Source: the human T2T-CHM13v2.0 reference genome, Homo sapiens. Taken from it: a DNA stretch of 64,000 bases. The stretch lies in assembly GCF_009914755.1 (NCBI RefSeq), contig NC_060928.1. One strand, written 5' to 3'. This document shows, in pieces, positions 29,342 to 45,829 of the stretch. The first letter of the stretch is position 1. The number at the start of each line of letters is the position of its first letter. The notes below the pieces were generated by a model. It did not search any database. It had not been told where the DNA came from and worked only from the letters and a program-made list of their open reading frames with translations. The position numbers and the translations under genes were made by a program.

Positions 29342-30233
29342 CATGATTTATTTCAGCAGAGCATCAGAATGCAATAATAACCAAAAAGGTATCATATATT
29401 TTACAATTATTCTCTATTAAATGTGGAACCAAGATTAAGCTCTAGTGACAAAAAAAAAAAAAAAAAATCCTAGACCCAGGACCAGAGCAGCTGGTGGCTA
29501 CAGGTAATGTCACTGAAGTGGTTCAGCTATGACAGAGGCTCAGGTGTAGACTGCTGAGCAGAAACATCCTTGTGGGTACAGACGCGCTTCCACTGGTCCG
29601 CAAAGAAACACAATCCACCAATTTCAAATGCAAGTTCATCCTGGAAGCAAACCTCAGAACTACACTGATGACATAATCGATGCCCACATTAAGAATGGAG
29701 GCCCAGCACTAAAGGAAAGCTGTCTCTAAACAAGTCATCACAGAAGCATATCTGTGATTATTGCCAGTAATACTTTGTCAGCCTTAATTCATCCTTTCTA
29801 TCACAAGAGCCTATAGTAAGAGACTTAGCCTGTAAACAGTTGACTCTGAGCTCATTTCAAATCAGCAACACATAGGCGAGAGTTATAAATAATGCATGCA
29901 GTGATGCTGCAGAATGGTTTGGGTGCATGCAGAATGAATGACCGTGTTGCATACGTCTTAAAAAGTGTCGATTTACTTTTGTTCACAACTGGATAGTGGC
30001 TAAGCATAGACATTTGTATAAATATTCGCCAAGACGAGTCTTCCAACAAACCATACTAATTAGGATGCTGTAAAATAATCGCAAACCAAAAGACTGCTGA
30101 ATAGTTTACAGGTAGGGCATATGTGGGCCCTAGGACAATGTATATTCTATTTGGCATATTCATCATGGATTTAGAACTAATAGAGATCCTATCTTTTTAG
30201 TGCCTGAAGTGGCTAAAAAATATCTTCTTAAGT

Positions 30234-30474
30234 GGCCAAGCGTGGTGGCTCATGCCTGTAATCCCAGCTCTGTGAGAGGCCAAGGTGGGAGGATCCCTTG
30301 AGGCCAGGAGTTGGAGAGCAGTCTAGGCAACATAGCAAGACCCCGTCTCTACAAAAAAAATAAGAAAATTATCCAGGCATGATGGTACGTGCCTGTAATC
30401 ACAGCTATTCAGGAAACTGATGCAGGAGGATCACTTGAGCCCAGAAGTTCAATGCTTCAGTGAGCTATGATCAC
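30234..30474 (+). mobile_element. AluJ, 3'-truncated
   Basis: J-type ggcaacatagcaagacccc; no poly-A tail. Confidence 0.85.
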
Positions 30475-31650
30475 ATATTTTATACATAAAATATGACATA
30501 TTTTATATTCGAGGATATATATAATATATATCTTTTAGTTATCTTGATGGGAATGGGTGGTTTATACTTCCCAAAACCCAATAAGATATTTAAACATGTT
30601 TTTTCATGCTGAAGTTATTTATTTACTGCCATGTTCAGGAAAGTATGATGGAAAAGAAATAAAGAGAAGAGGAGAAATAACTATCTTTAAACTGCCTCCC
30701 AAGATTCACAGATAAGCTATACAAAAACTCTAAGCTCTGGCCTATCAACGTTGTTGGTGTTTGGGGATCCTTTTTCACCAGCTCTACTTTAAGCTTCTAT
30801 TAAGCTTGCCAAATTGATTTCAGATTTGTTATACGCCTGGCACAGCAGGCACTATTTAAAATGTATGTTCCTGGCAGCTGAGGTGGGGCAGTGCCGTCCA
30901 GTCTCAACGTCAGCTGGCCTTGTTTGGCACCTTCATCACATGTACATGCTCCTATTAATCTACTGTCTAACAAAGATCTGGAAAAGCCTAGTATCTTCCC
31001 ATATTAAAGCCAGATCATTAAAGAAATACCACTTGAGATTGTATAGAAGGGCAAGAAAATAATTCTTAATTTCTAAACCAAATTGGTTTCATAGAAATTC
31101 TGCCTTTGGCTGATCACTTCACTTTAGTAGAGCAAAGCAATAAATTTTTATCCCTTTTCACTGAAACCCTTGGTTATCTCTGCACCAGGGAAGAAAATAA
31201 TGTCTTCTATTAAGATTAATATTGTTATGGGAATATTACTATGATTATTATTATAAATTCACCTCCATCTTTGCTTGTTTGCTTGTTTGGTTTGCTTCTT
31301 TCTTCTTTGAATACACCATACCTGAGGAAGCAGAATCACATGGCTGATGATATCAAACTGGCTTAATGTAATTATGGACTAGTTGTGAATAAAAATATGT
31401 ACTGACCGCTTATTATGTGAATAGCACTGTGTTAGGTAAATAATGTTTTTCTTTTACCCAATGGGGAAATGATCTCTTCCCACAAAGAGTCCAGTGATTA
31501 GGTTGGGTAAGAAAGCCATAGCCATGAAAGAATTAATGAACAGAAGTGTGCTCTAGTGCAGAGTCATTTCTACTGAAAGCATCAGAGAGGCTTCGCAGAA
31601 AGATTGGAACTTGAGGTGAGTCAGGAAGTTTCATAAAAGATGGATAAGTA

Positions 31651-32071
<421 letters not shown>

Positions 32072-33754
32072 TTAAAATTGATTCAACAGGTTAAAGACCA
32101 GGCTTTGCCAAGAGTAGATACCAGTATTCCTATGGTTTGGTCTTTCAACGAGTAGACTCTTTGAAGTGTTTCAATATATTGTATTTCCCACCGATGGAGT
32201 TTAAAAAGAAAGGGAAAGAAAAACAGTGCAAATCGATTCCTGCTGACAACAACACCTACACGTTGCTCTTTGGGAGTAACTGTTTTCCAAGTTGTAATTA
32301 GGATCTTTTGTCCATTCTACGTAAGGTATGGTAACATCACAAATACAAAACTGCAGTGGATTTTATATTTTAAAATATAAATAATGAATTAGATGTCATG
32401 ATGACCAGCTGCTTAGCTGATTTTACCACTCATGGCTATTTGACCGGGTTCAGAAGGGCAAGAGCCATTAACAAGGGTAATTACCTCCTGCGCCTCTCTC
32501 CTCTTCCGCAGACCCTGGCCTGTAATAGGTGCCATTCCAGGCACTCCCTCAGTGCTGAATGAATACATAAATGAATGAATTGTAGATATGGCTTCAGATA
32601 ATAAGGAAATTCAAACTACTGCATGCTCTTTGCCCAAAATGACTGTGTGGAAAGAAAATAAATACTGCTTCTATTAAGATATTCCTTCATTATAGGAGGT
32701 CATATGAGAAGGTTGGGAGAAGAAGGGAGAACGATAGTAATAACAAGGGATTTCTCTTCATCTTTAATGCTAAGGATCAAAGACCTTTCTCCTATTTGAG
32801 GCTGACTGCATTTGCATTGTACACCTTTAGATGATGAATAACTAGACATGTTGTGTGTATTTATGATTGTGGGTTAAATTTTAGGCTGTGAATTCTGATG
32901 TCAAAATTTAGAAGCACTGACCTCTACTTATTCATGTATTGGTAACAAAAAGAACTTTCCAAAGTTTTCCAAATTTGGTATCACCTTAGAAGAGCTAACC
33001 TCATTTTACACTTGAATAACCCAGTATTTCATTAAGCACTTAATATGTATGGAGTTCAGTTAGCTATTGTTCAGTAATCCAATAGATGTTATTGATTTTT
33101 GGGACTTATCTTGGGGGAGATAATTCAGAGACAGGACAGGACAAGAAAATATTAAAGAGTTAATTAACTAGACAGTGTAACACACATATAGTAAGTACCA
33201 TATAAGTCAATTAAATAGCATTGTAGGACTTAAGGAAAGTAAGAATCACTACTAGTGAAATATTCTTGGATGACTTCATGGAGAAAAAACAATTGTGCCT
33301 TCGAAGAAGGGTGTGATTTAGAATGTTGAAGAAGAAATTCGAGTGCGTTTCAGGAATTCATTCATAGCATGAAGAGAATTACCAACAGCCACGACATGTT
33401 TAGAGCAAAATGCAGACTCCCTTTGATAAGGGCGGCTGTTCTTATGGGAGTGGGGAAGTTGATAGGGAAATTACAGTTTCATTCAGCATGTAGAGAGCCT
33501 TAAATGACAGCCTAGGCTTTTAAGACAATTCCGTAAGCTGTGATTGGTGATATGATAAAAGGAGTCATTTTAAGACCATTTATCTAATGCGTATACTAGT
33601 GTGCAAGATACGTTTAAGGTGGGATGTACTAGAGGCAGGAAACCAGCTGAGAAGCTAAGAGCCAAGCACAGGACCCTAACAGCCACAGCTCCAGTGACAG
33701 CAACAGGACTGGAAAAGAAAGAATGGAAGAGTGACAGTTCAAAAAGAGAGATCA

Positions 33755-34050
<296 letters not shown>

Positions 34051-34087
34051 AAAAGGATGGAAGAGTGACAGTTTAAAAGAGAGATCA

Positions 34088-34230
34088 GGCCATGCACCGT
34101 GGCTCATGCCTATAATCCCAACACTTTGGGAGGCTGAGTCAGGTGGACCGCTTGAACCCAGAATGTGGAGGTTGCAGTGAGCCAAGATCACGCCACTCAA
34201 AAAAAAAAAAAAAAAAAAAAAAGAAAAAGA
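34088..34230 (+). mobile_element. Monomer-length Alu (left/right-arm hybrid or FRAM-like)
   Basis: Left-arm start joined to right-arm end; long poly-A. Confidence 0.75.
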
Positions 34231-36503
34231 AAATCAGTGGCACTTTTTGACCAATTGGACTTGAAGAGAGGTTCTAAAGGTGATTTAAACCAAAACAACT
34301 ACAAAAATGAGCCCAGAAATAAAGGCAATTCATGTACAACTCAGAGAGTTGGACCAGCTGACCACTAAGGCCTCAAACAAACAAAGTTCCACTCCTTGTG
34401 TCTGCACAAATTATGTTCCTCTCTCTCCCCTTTGCCTGTCCAGTTATGGCTGTGTATTAAGATCTATTTCAAATCTCTCCACTCCTTGAAAAACTGCATG
34501 ACTACTCCCTGTTATGTGCAAGATCCTCCTTGGGCTCCCGATACATTCACTTCTCTTCCACATAATCACGTGTGTCATTGCATCCTCTTTTTGCTACAGT
34601 AATTCTTTTCCCTATCAATCCCTCCACCCTCACTAGTTTTTATTCTATCTTACAAAAGCTAGCACTGAATTAAATATGAACTGGTATAAAACACAAACTT
34701 ACAGCTAGAGGTAAAAAATCTTAATAAATGCATCTCTTTTACTAGACCACTAGAAATGTTAATACCCAAAGGATACAGGGAAGCCTATTGGCACTGAATA
34801 TTCAAAAATTTAAATAAGCTCTTTTGAAACTTGAAGCTGAAAGTCTTTCTAGATATTCAAGTATTATCTATGGAAATAAATCAAGAAGCCCTGGAAAAGT
34901 GTGGCAAACACCTTCCATTGCTAAAGGAACAATTAAAAAGCCTATTCTAAGAGGCACAACGGAGCTAACCATTTTCTATGTCGTGCAAGCGGAAATAATT
35001 CAGTGATGTCTTTGTGCCTCTCAGAAAATCACACAAAGTCACTTTCTGCTTTTTAGTTTGCTCTTTGGCCCTATGTAAAATGTTGCCACAGAAATTGCTT
35101 TGTGCTCAGCAAAAACTCAACCTGTTAAATTCCAGTGACTGGAATCATTGAAGGTCAAGAGGTAAAACTCACCTGCTGTGCCACATTTTCACAATTCAGA
35201 GGGTTCTTCTGCACTCAGCATTTATGTGATGGTTTCTTTCTGTGGAACATGTATTCCATTTTCAAAAGGTCTAGTCTTGATTAACTTGTACTTGGTTAAC
35301 AAACATGTATTGAGAGTCATTTGGGTTCTGAGCACAGTATTAAGGGATTTGGAAAAGAGAAGGTAAAAAAAATTGTATACAGAGAAGTCAACTTAAAATC
35401 CTGAAATAGCAACAAATATACCAACCTTGACATTGTAGTTTATAAATCCATTTTAGAAAAACAAACATATTGCAGAGAGAAAAAAACAGAAATGATGATC
35501 TATAAAACAACATATATTTTAAATTAAGCAAACTAGAACATCATGAAAATTTCATCGTATGGGCTTTAATATGAGAACAGGAATGCAATCAGTACTGAAA
35601 AAAGGTCAAAAGAAAAATCTAAAGGTTCATTTAAAGCATAGAGCAGAAAATTCTCTGAAAATGTTTTCTCTATATCTAAAATGATAAATTTCATCAAATT
35701 TGAAATTTGGGTAATAAAAATGGACTATTCAATGATAACATTTTCAAAATACTTTATAATGCCTTATTTATATTAGATCTTTGTTCTTAAGTAACATCAT
35801 GACAAATACGTTTTTCTAAAATATACAGTTATAATAAATTAATGGCAAAAAGTATGAATATTGTCATAGTTATGTCATAACTTATTGTCATAAGTTAAGT
35901 GGGCTCAGACTGCTGGGCCTTTTATATGTCAATTTCCAGCATTTTTGTCCACTCATAGTATTTAATGGTTAATTTGCCATTCACTGTAGCCTACTAAGAA
36001 CTAAATAGTGCAAAGGAAAATCATGTTGTTAAATCAATTACATGACAACTTTTAAGAAAAATTCACAGTCAATAGGCTCTTTTCTGAGAGCCTGTGGGAG
36101 GTTCTGTGAGTCCTCTATAGTTTCTATCTGTCCATTACTATGTGTCCAATACCTGCCACATCACTGGCAACCAATTTAATTGATAACACAATGATAAATA
36201 AATAAAGCATATATATTTGTGACTTTTTTCCTATATTATTTCAAATCTTCCATTTATTTTTAAGTCTATGTCTGCTTGGAATAGGTTAAACTGCCAAAAG
36301 TTTGAATGCCAAAGTAACTGAGGTGCTAGCTATCATGTGCATTTTTGATATTTCATACTAAAATTAAACAAATTTTCTTTGTAAATTTCTTTTCATTGAA
36401 AAAAAATATCATGGGATGACAAAGATGTTTTGTTCCAGTATCAAATTCTCTTTCTTTGTCTTTATTTGAACTATAGATGTGTATAGCAAATTCAACTTTG
36501 AAT

Positions 36504-36814
<311 letters not shown>

Positions 36815-37951
36815 AAATTCAACTTTGAATAAAAAAAGTTATGTTCTTTTTTGCCTCGCTAAGTATTAGTAGCAAATATTCAGGTATAGCTAATATTTTC
36901 ATGCATCAAACATAAATTAGAAAGAAATAGTGTTCAGTATAATCAACAGGTTCACAGGAAAAAAAGAAAGAAAAGAATGGTGTTTGATTTTACCCATGTC
37001 TGGAAAGACAACATCGTGTTCTGGAAGGCTCTCTGATGGGAAGTCAGAGGTGCAGAAGTGCAGGAGAGCTGGGAAACAGGTTGCAATATACTGTGAGATC
37101 CTTTAGTTTGTAAAACACAAAGGCTCAGATTGCAGGGAAGATATTAAGCTTCACATATTTCATTTGAAGTGTTTTTACATTTACCTCCTGTGGTAAAATG
37201 GCCATAGCATTTCAGGGCAAACGTCCTTGATGTGAATGGGAGTCCCAGTGTTGAGTGCTACCCCACTTCTGGCACACACTGTATTTGTTTCCGAAGAATC
37301 AAGCTTGTGAGGAGAGACAGGACATACAACCTAGCATGTCCCGGGGAAGCCGACTTTGTCATATATACACACACATATATATATATGAATAATATAAATG
37401 AATACTCACCTCCCCTAATGTGTTCTTTTATAAGCTAAAATTTTTATACAAAGCAAAATCTCATGGGATGTCACTTGAAAGAAAAACATGTTTTATGAAA
37501 TCAAGATCTCTAGAAAAAAAGTAAGTAGACATCATTAAAATTGTTCTAGTGATTTTTTTCAAAATGATCAGATATGCCATTTGATAACATCCCCAGAAGT
37601 TAAGCTATTAGAGGATTTCCTGAAAAATGATTAAATGTTACCCACTTCACCAAGGATATAAATATCTTACACTTTCAATCAATCTTTCACGCTTTTATTA
37701 ACAACTCATAATTATAATTCTTTCAGTGCTTATGACTCTCCCAACTTGATAAATAAATAAATTGAATGTATCTGCCCTGCCCTGAGGTCAAAAATACTGG
37801 TGTGCACCTCCTCCCTTGTAAGATTCTTGAACCCACTTAATGACTCTGCACTCTACATGTGGGTCTTAGGAGGGACTCATCATCATCACTGAATGGACCG
37901 TCAATGTGGCAAAAGCTCAAGATACTTTTGGAAGTCAATATTTCGATACTA

Positions 37952-38626
<675 letters not shown>

Positions 38627-38797
38627 CACCAACACCAGTTTTGAAAGAGAATTTTTTTCATTAGTTCACTTGGATATTTTGTGCTGCTCTATTTTCTTTC
38701 TTAAAAAAAAAAAACATCTAGAGGATAAGGAAAATAAAACTTTGCAGATTTTTGTCAAATACTATTCAGTAGAAGGATTATTTTCTTAAGGAAATAA

Positions 38798-39217
<420 letters not shown>

Positions 39218-39639
39218 TAGGAAGCGCATTAGACTAATTATATTTTGTAGATAAATAACACTAAACATAGCTTACATATAAAAATTTCTTTGCTTAAGAA
39301 TTAAATGAAATAATTCTCTGGAAAACATTCAATTACTAGATATTTTAGCATAATTGCTCAATTTTGTGAAAGAATCAAATGCACATTTGTCCTTAATAAT
39401 ATGAAGAATGGAAATTCAGTTTTCTAAACTATCTATATTTTAATTAAAAGAAATTCACTCTCTTTGTAATAAGATAATAATGCGGTATTAAAATAAAAGC
39501 ATTCTCAATAGTAAAATGTTTTTGCTGACTAGCTTTGTTAATAAAACTATGTTTTGAACAATCACTGGATTAATCCTAGTGACAATGTGTAGAGTTTTCA
39601 AAACAGGAACATTAACAGACTCTTGTCCCATAGTCTTGG

Positions 39640-40680
39640 TACAATGGTAGGAGCCTGGCTTAAGGTAGATGGGCTAGAGAGAAAGAGAGGGAAATAGGAG
39701 ATTGTAATGAAATAGAGCCAACCAAACGTGTTAAATTTTACACAGGAGATGAGGAAAACTTCAAGATGGTGCCATAATTTCTTGCTTGAGTGACTGCCCG
39801 TGGAAGACAGAATTTATCAACATAGAAGATGGGGAGGAATTAAGATCTTTTCTTACTGAAAAGATCCTAAGTTTGGAGCGTTTTGCCCTGTAGCTATTTA
39901 ACTCTCAACCAGGTATTTGGATATACAAGTTTATTGTTCAGAGTAATAGAAGCTAGAGAAAAATATTGGAAATGGTCAGTATAAAACTTGTGGATAGCAG
40001 AAATTCTGGTTGAAATCACCCAAAGTGTTTAAAGAAAATAGAAGGTGGTTAAGGACAAAACTGATAGAAAGAGAAGGAAGGAAGGGAAGGACAAATGGAG
40101 ACCTGAAAGTTTCTGAACAAAACAGGGAAATCGGAGAAAACCCAAAAGACTGATGTGGCAAAAACCAAAGAACTCAAGTTTTAAAACAGAGCACTGGTTA
40201 ACAGAAATGAATGAAGCAGAAATATTCAATATAAGCAGGACTGAGAGGTGAATATTGGAATTGCCTATCTGGATATCACTAGAAGAAAGGTTTCAGCAGC
40301 AAGGGAGATGCTAAGCCAGCAGTTAGACGCTTGAGGCCAATGCTGCTAAGCTGAAAATGTGCACTTAGAACTGATTAGTATGTAGACAGTATTTGGAGCC
40401 ATTAAATCAGTGTGAGATGACTTGGGGATGAGTGTGGGTAAAGAGAAGAGAACCTAGAACTAAGAAAGAGACAGAGGGGGAACCAGCAAACTGAGAAGGA
40501 GAGGCCAGGGAGACGAGAGGGACACCAACAGCTTGTGGGGCCCTGATAGGCTTTATGAACTTGAGTCAAAGAGGACCGGGTGGTCGGCTGTGTGAAGTGC
40601 TGCCACCAGATGAGATGGGCAGTTCCACTGGAATTCATACTGCGGAGGTTATTGGCCATGCTAGGGAAATGCCTAACAGG
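39640..40680. mobile_element. Degenerate L2 fragments
   Basis: L2-like motifs (ttggatatac; gagactgag/aaggagaggcca; tgaagtgctgc). Confidence 0.45.
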
Positions 40681-40689
40681 AGCCACTCA

Positions 40690-40994
40690 AAAACATGTCA
40701 AAGTCAACAAAGGTAAAGAAAGCCTAAGGAATGGTTCCAGATTAAAGGCTACTAACAGGACATGATAATTACATGTGACATATGACCCTGGACTGCATTG
40801 AGATCACTGGCAAAATGTGAATGTAGACTACATATTGGATAGTAATGTGGTATCAATGTTTAGTTTTCTGATTTTGATAACTTTACTGCAGTTATGAGAG
40901 AGAATACTCTTTTTCTTCGGAAATATACAATAATGTGCTTCAGAATAAGGGGCATGGCGTCTCCAACTCACTCTCAAATTACTCAGGAAGAACG

Positions 40995-41030
<36 letters not shown>

Positions 41031-41150
41031 ATGTATGGATAGATAATAGAATAATAAAGTAACTAGAGCAAAACATAAACAAATGATGAGTCTGAATATA
41101 AGCTATAGAATAGTTTCTTGTACTATTATTTTAACTTTTATGTATAATGG
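40690..41150 (+). mobile_element. L1MC-type 3' end with internal (TG)n
   Basis: ttccagattaaagg...tatcaatgtt...ctgattttgataac motifs. Confidence 0.65.
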
Positions 41151-41840
41151 AATGTAGATTTTAGAAATTACAGAAAGAAAATGAGGAGAGGGAGAAAAAG
41201 GGGGAGAGCAATTGGAAAAAGCAAGTCTACCAACTCTCGTAAAATAAACACCTGCGCTCTAGAGAAAAGTAAGGAAATGGGGTGGGAAATGGTGGGGAAG
41301 GTAACATCAAAACAAGATTAGGGTTTTTTTCTCCTTACCTGACCAAAATTACAGCACAGTGGCAAGCTGATGTCAATATGCCAGTGGAAAGAGAAAAAAG
41401 GTTGAATAGCAGAGAAATAGGGGAAATTGCTGGCATGATTTCCTTTCATGAGGAGAAGAGGGTGAGTCTGCATACAAATGGAGAAACTGGCTCTCCTAGG
41501 AGTAGGGAACATTCATCTTTGGTAATAAGCAGAAAAACAAAGCATGAGAATGCAATTACTGGAAGGTAGAAAAAAGAGATAAAGAGTGCCTACCCCACTT
41601 TTTGCCCTGGGGGACCTGGAAAGCACCTCCCTTGAATGGATTCGTGGGAAGTAGTGTTTCCAAGGGACAACCAGGTTTCAGTCTGAGCAATAAGGTGAAA
41701 GGAAAGTTCAGAGAATATCCTAACAAATGGCAGAGCTTGCATTTAAGAAGCTATATACAGAGACACATGGAAAATCCAGCCATGGTAGTGGATATACAGA
41801 TAGCACAAGGTTGAGGGCCTGCGTCATGATGGATGGCCTG

Positions 41841-42431
41841 TGTTTGAAATGCTTTTTCCTTGGTGTCATAAAGAAACAGCACTTGAACATAAATTTAATT
41901 TTCTCAGCAAGGCCATTTCATACTTTCTGCAGAAAGGGTACAGCAGCAGCAGTTTTGCCACAACGGCACACCGAACAAACCGGAGACAGGGTCATTTATA
42001 ACCTGATGCATCCACCCTACTGCTGTGTCCGGTTTCCATTGGCTGGAATGGGGCCTCACATTCTGTATTTGTCCTGATTGGCTAGTAACTTAGAAAATTT
42101 TTAAAAAGACAAAGGCAGAGGAGAACAAAGGAAGGAGGAAGTAACTTGTGGCATGCTGAGAAAGGTAAAAACACCTTCAAATAAGGAAGAGGAACAGGCT
42201 ATGGCCTAATGCTTGCTTGGACCAGTATAAGCATGCCAGGGCAAATATTTAGGCTAAACTGTGGGAGCTAAGAACATAAAGTACATTGATTTCTTTATTA
42301 TGGATAGCAGATATTTAAGAATGTTAGCACAGGTCTATGAATAAATTTTGCTTCTAAGAGAAGTTACTATGTATTCCTAATTAGATGGGGAGGAAAGTCT
42401 TTGAAGAGGAACCTCTACTTTACTTTTTACA
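41841..42431 (-). mobile_element. LTR10C solo LTR (HERV-I, ERV1)
   Basis: Minus strand starts TGTAAAAAGTAAAGTAGAGGTTCCTCTTCAAAGAC; 4-bp TSD cctg on both sides. Confidence 0.85.
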
Positions 42432-44993
42432 CCTGGGACCTGGTTTCTGGGTGAATGAGGGAATGAAGGATGTGAGCATAATGAGCTCAGTGCTGATTAT
42501 TTCCTGAAGAGAAGTGGGCAACCAGTTCAAGACAGATGTTATGGGTCCACTGGCTGACCATGCTTTCCTGCAGAAGCCAGTATTACGGCAACCAAGGGGA
42601 GAAAGAGAGTCTCCATAACAATTAATCTTCCTGGAAGCTGAAGCACCAAATGGTTTGAGTGTTTCTTCTTCTTAAAGGGAAGGTAGTGTGGCCCATATGA
42701 AAAGGGTGGCCCATTGTGAAGCAGGAGGCTAGAAATGGGCTCTTCTTTGTGGGATGAACTGTATAGCAGCTGGTGTGGGAGCTGGAGCATAAGTGGCTTA
42801 GAGGCAGCTTCTTCTCTCCAGCAGCGGGCAGGTTGGCTCTGGGATCACCTCAGTCAATGGCGTCACCATCCAATTCAAAGATAAGGATGGAAGCAGTTAT
42901 AAGTATGTTTGTACAGGCTTAATTTTCTCTGGAAAGTAGGAATGGGTCACCTGAGGATAAAAGGGGGAAGTGAATAAAGTCGGGGGACAGAACATCTGAG
43001 GTCTCAAGGGGGATTCATGAGATTTTGGATCAAGCCACTGAGGGCACATCAAAGGTTCATGGACGAAGACATGGAAGAATTATAGAACAGGGCCCAGGGC
43101 CCACCCAGTGTTGGAGTTTACAAATCAGTCACTACATAGTGGTCCTGGATCTGTTGAATAGTAGACTCTTCAAAACACACTGATAAATCCCTCCCTCTTA
43201 AAAGCTGAAGAATTGGCCCTCTCTGAAAACCACAGCACTGTCTCGCATTATAGGGATTAACCCAAACTGCTCTGTGAAGCTCGTCTAATCTATGAGCAAT
43301 GAGAAAGGCAGAAGAATTTGTAATAATAAAGAAATGAAAACTGAGCTGTAGCCTTCGATTACACTGTGACATTTGGTGAGTTCACTGTCTTTCTTTAGTG
43401 TAAGAATCAAGGAACAAATTTGTTTTATTGTTTGGCGTATTATATAACTCATTTGACAGTACTGCTTAAGTTATACAACAACCCCTAATTCATATTTTTA
43501 AGCTCGTTTGAAAAAAAAATTAAAATGCTCTCACCTTGGAGCATTACTTTACATTTTGCAGCACACATTTGTAGTTTGGGTTCTTTTTAGGCAGAAATCT
43601 GAACTAACAAGTACTTCTATTTTTTCTCCAGATTCTTTACATTTCTACAGCTTTATTTCACCCTTTTCTAACATAATAAACCATTTCTCAGCAAACATTT
43701 AGATAAAATGTCACAGACTTGGAGAAAGAAAATCTAAATTGCAGATCAAAAACAAGGCCATATTAAGCATGAGAAGTGGTAGTGGGAATACAATTTACAA
43801 TGTTTTGATTTAATACCATAAAGAATGTCCACAGAATAGACTGCAGGTTGGAATTCGTGGAGATGTCTTCTTTAGTTTATGTAATGAATGCCATTCTTAT
43901 TCAGTAAGATTTAATCAGGCTACTTGAGACTGAGATATAAGTGTAGAGAAGATATTGGCTTTCCTTCTCCATATACTTGGAATGTAAAATTACTTAGGAA
44001 ATTTTACACTGACACTACATGGTGAGGAGATATATATATCTTAAATATATATATATATATTTCTTTTTAAGATTAAGTATGAGACCTCAAAAATATTTGG
44101 ACTGCAAATACTATTTTAAAGTAATAAAATATTATTTCTGTGAAATAGAAACTAAAATTGAAAAGTGCTTGAAGTATAAATTCTATTAAATTTTAGTGAA
44201 AAAATATCAAGAAAATACTCATCATATAATTAAAAATTTATTGTGTACAAATGGGTTCTGCTATTTCTAATATATTTTATTATCAATGTATTATATTCTG
44301 TTATATAACTTTATGATATTCATTTAATTTCAAGTACTAGATTTTGATATACTACTTTACCATATTTTGGTTTCTATTTCCTTTTATAGACAGGTTCACT
44401 CCCTACCACTAAAAATGTTTAAATACTTAATTTAATCTGAGACAACATCTGCAACAAAAAAACAGAACTGCTGTTGTAAGTTTCTGATATTATATGTAAA
44501 ATGGCATAACAATATAATTTTATTTGAAGGTAGACTGTGTTAACTTAAATATATATATTATCAATCCTAGAGTAACCACTTTAAATATAAAGCAGCATAG
44601 CTAATGAGCTAAAAGAAGACATAAAACAGAACACTAGAAGATAACCAATTGAAACTAAAGCAGAAAATAAAGAGGGTTGAATGAAGAGAAGATGGCACAC
44701 ACAGAAAACAAATAGCAGGATAGTAGATTTATACGCAGCCATACCAATAATCACAGCAGATGTAAATCATCTAATATTTCAATTAATAGTCAGAAATTGA
44801 CTTCCAATTTCTAGTCCGGCATAAAAGGAACCTGAAAATCATCACTGTCTCCTAACCATAAGTAAAAAGCTGAAAAACTTGATAATCAACAAGTCTTCTA
44901 CATCTATCAGAGAAGTGAGCTCATAGGACAAACTGCAGCCCTCAAAACTGAAGAGACACTAGTGGATACAGACAGGTCCCACTCACCAGAGCA

Positions 44994-45357
44994 GAAACCT
45001 CATGGGAACGAATACTAGGCTAGGAAAACCTGAACTGTAATCTATACATTGCACGAAACCTCATGGGAACGAATACTAGGCTAGGAAAACCTGAACTGTA
45101 ATCTATACATTGCACGAAACCTCATGGGAATGAATACTAGGCTAGGAAAACCTGAACTGTAATCTATACATTGCGTGAAACCTCATGGGAATGAATACTA
45201 GGCTACGAAAACCTGAACTGTAATCTATACATTGTGGGAAACCTCATGGGAACGAATACTAGGCTACAAAAACCTGAACTGTAATCTATACATTGCGCGA
45301 AACCTCATGGGAGCGAATACTAGGCTAGGAAAACCTGAACTGTAATCTGTACATTGC
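44994..45357. repeat. 61-bp tandem repeat, 6 copies
   Basis: Unit gaaacctcatgggaacgaatactaggctaggaaaacctgaactgtaatctatacattgcac starts at 44994, 45055, 45116, 45177, 45238 and 45299. Confidence 0.97.
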
Positions 45358-45487
45358 TACAGGCTTGATTTGGACAATTCTGAGAGTTAAAATCGGGGTG
45401 GGGCAGTTTTAGGGGGACCTCCACACTTTTGAGTTTTACCTCTAGCAGCACCACCAGAGTCTCATAGTGAAGGTTAGAGAAGAAGTC

Positions 45488-45829
45488 TGTCTTAGTCTGT
45501 CTGGACTACTATAACAAAATACTTTGAACTGGGTGATTTATAAACAATAAAAATTGTTCACTCGGAGGCTGGGAAGTGCAAGAACGAAGTGTGGGCAGAT
45601 CCAGTGTCTGATGAGGACTTGCTCTCTGCTTTGAAAATGGAGCCTTCTTTCTCCATCTCCACATGGTGGAAGGGCAAAAGGACTCCCTCAAGCTGTATAA
45701 GGATATTAATCCTATTTATGAAGACAAGCCCTCATGACCTTATTACCTCCTAGAGGCCCCAACTCCGTACCATTAGTATTAGATTTCAACACACAAATTT
45801 TGGGGGTTCAGAGAGATTCAACAATAGCA
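45488..45829 (-). mobile_element. MLT1A-type solo LTR
   Basis: tgtcttagtctg...ctataacaaaatac...gccctcatgacct...atagca. Confidence 0.8.

Noticed and set aside
35165-35250. Strong minus-strand donor CAG|GTGAGT with an upstream AG
   Set aside because: The pyrimidine tract is poor and all frames contain stops; isolated donor matches are expected by chance (likewise at about 37405, 9632 and 7655).
44994-45357. 61-bp periodicity resembling a CRISPR repeat-spacer unit
   Set aside because: The whole unit is repeated, so it is a tandem repeat without spacers.
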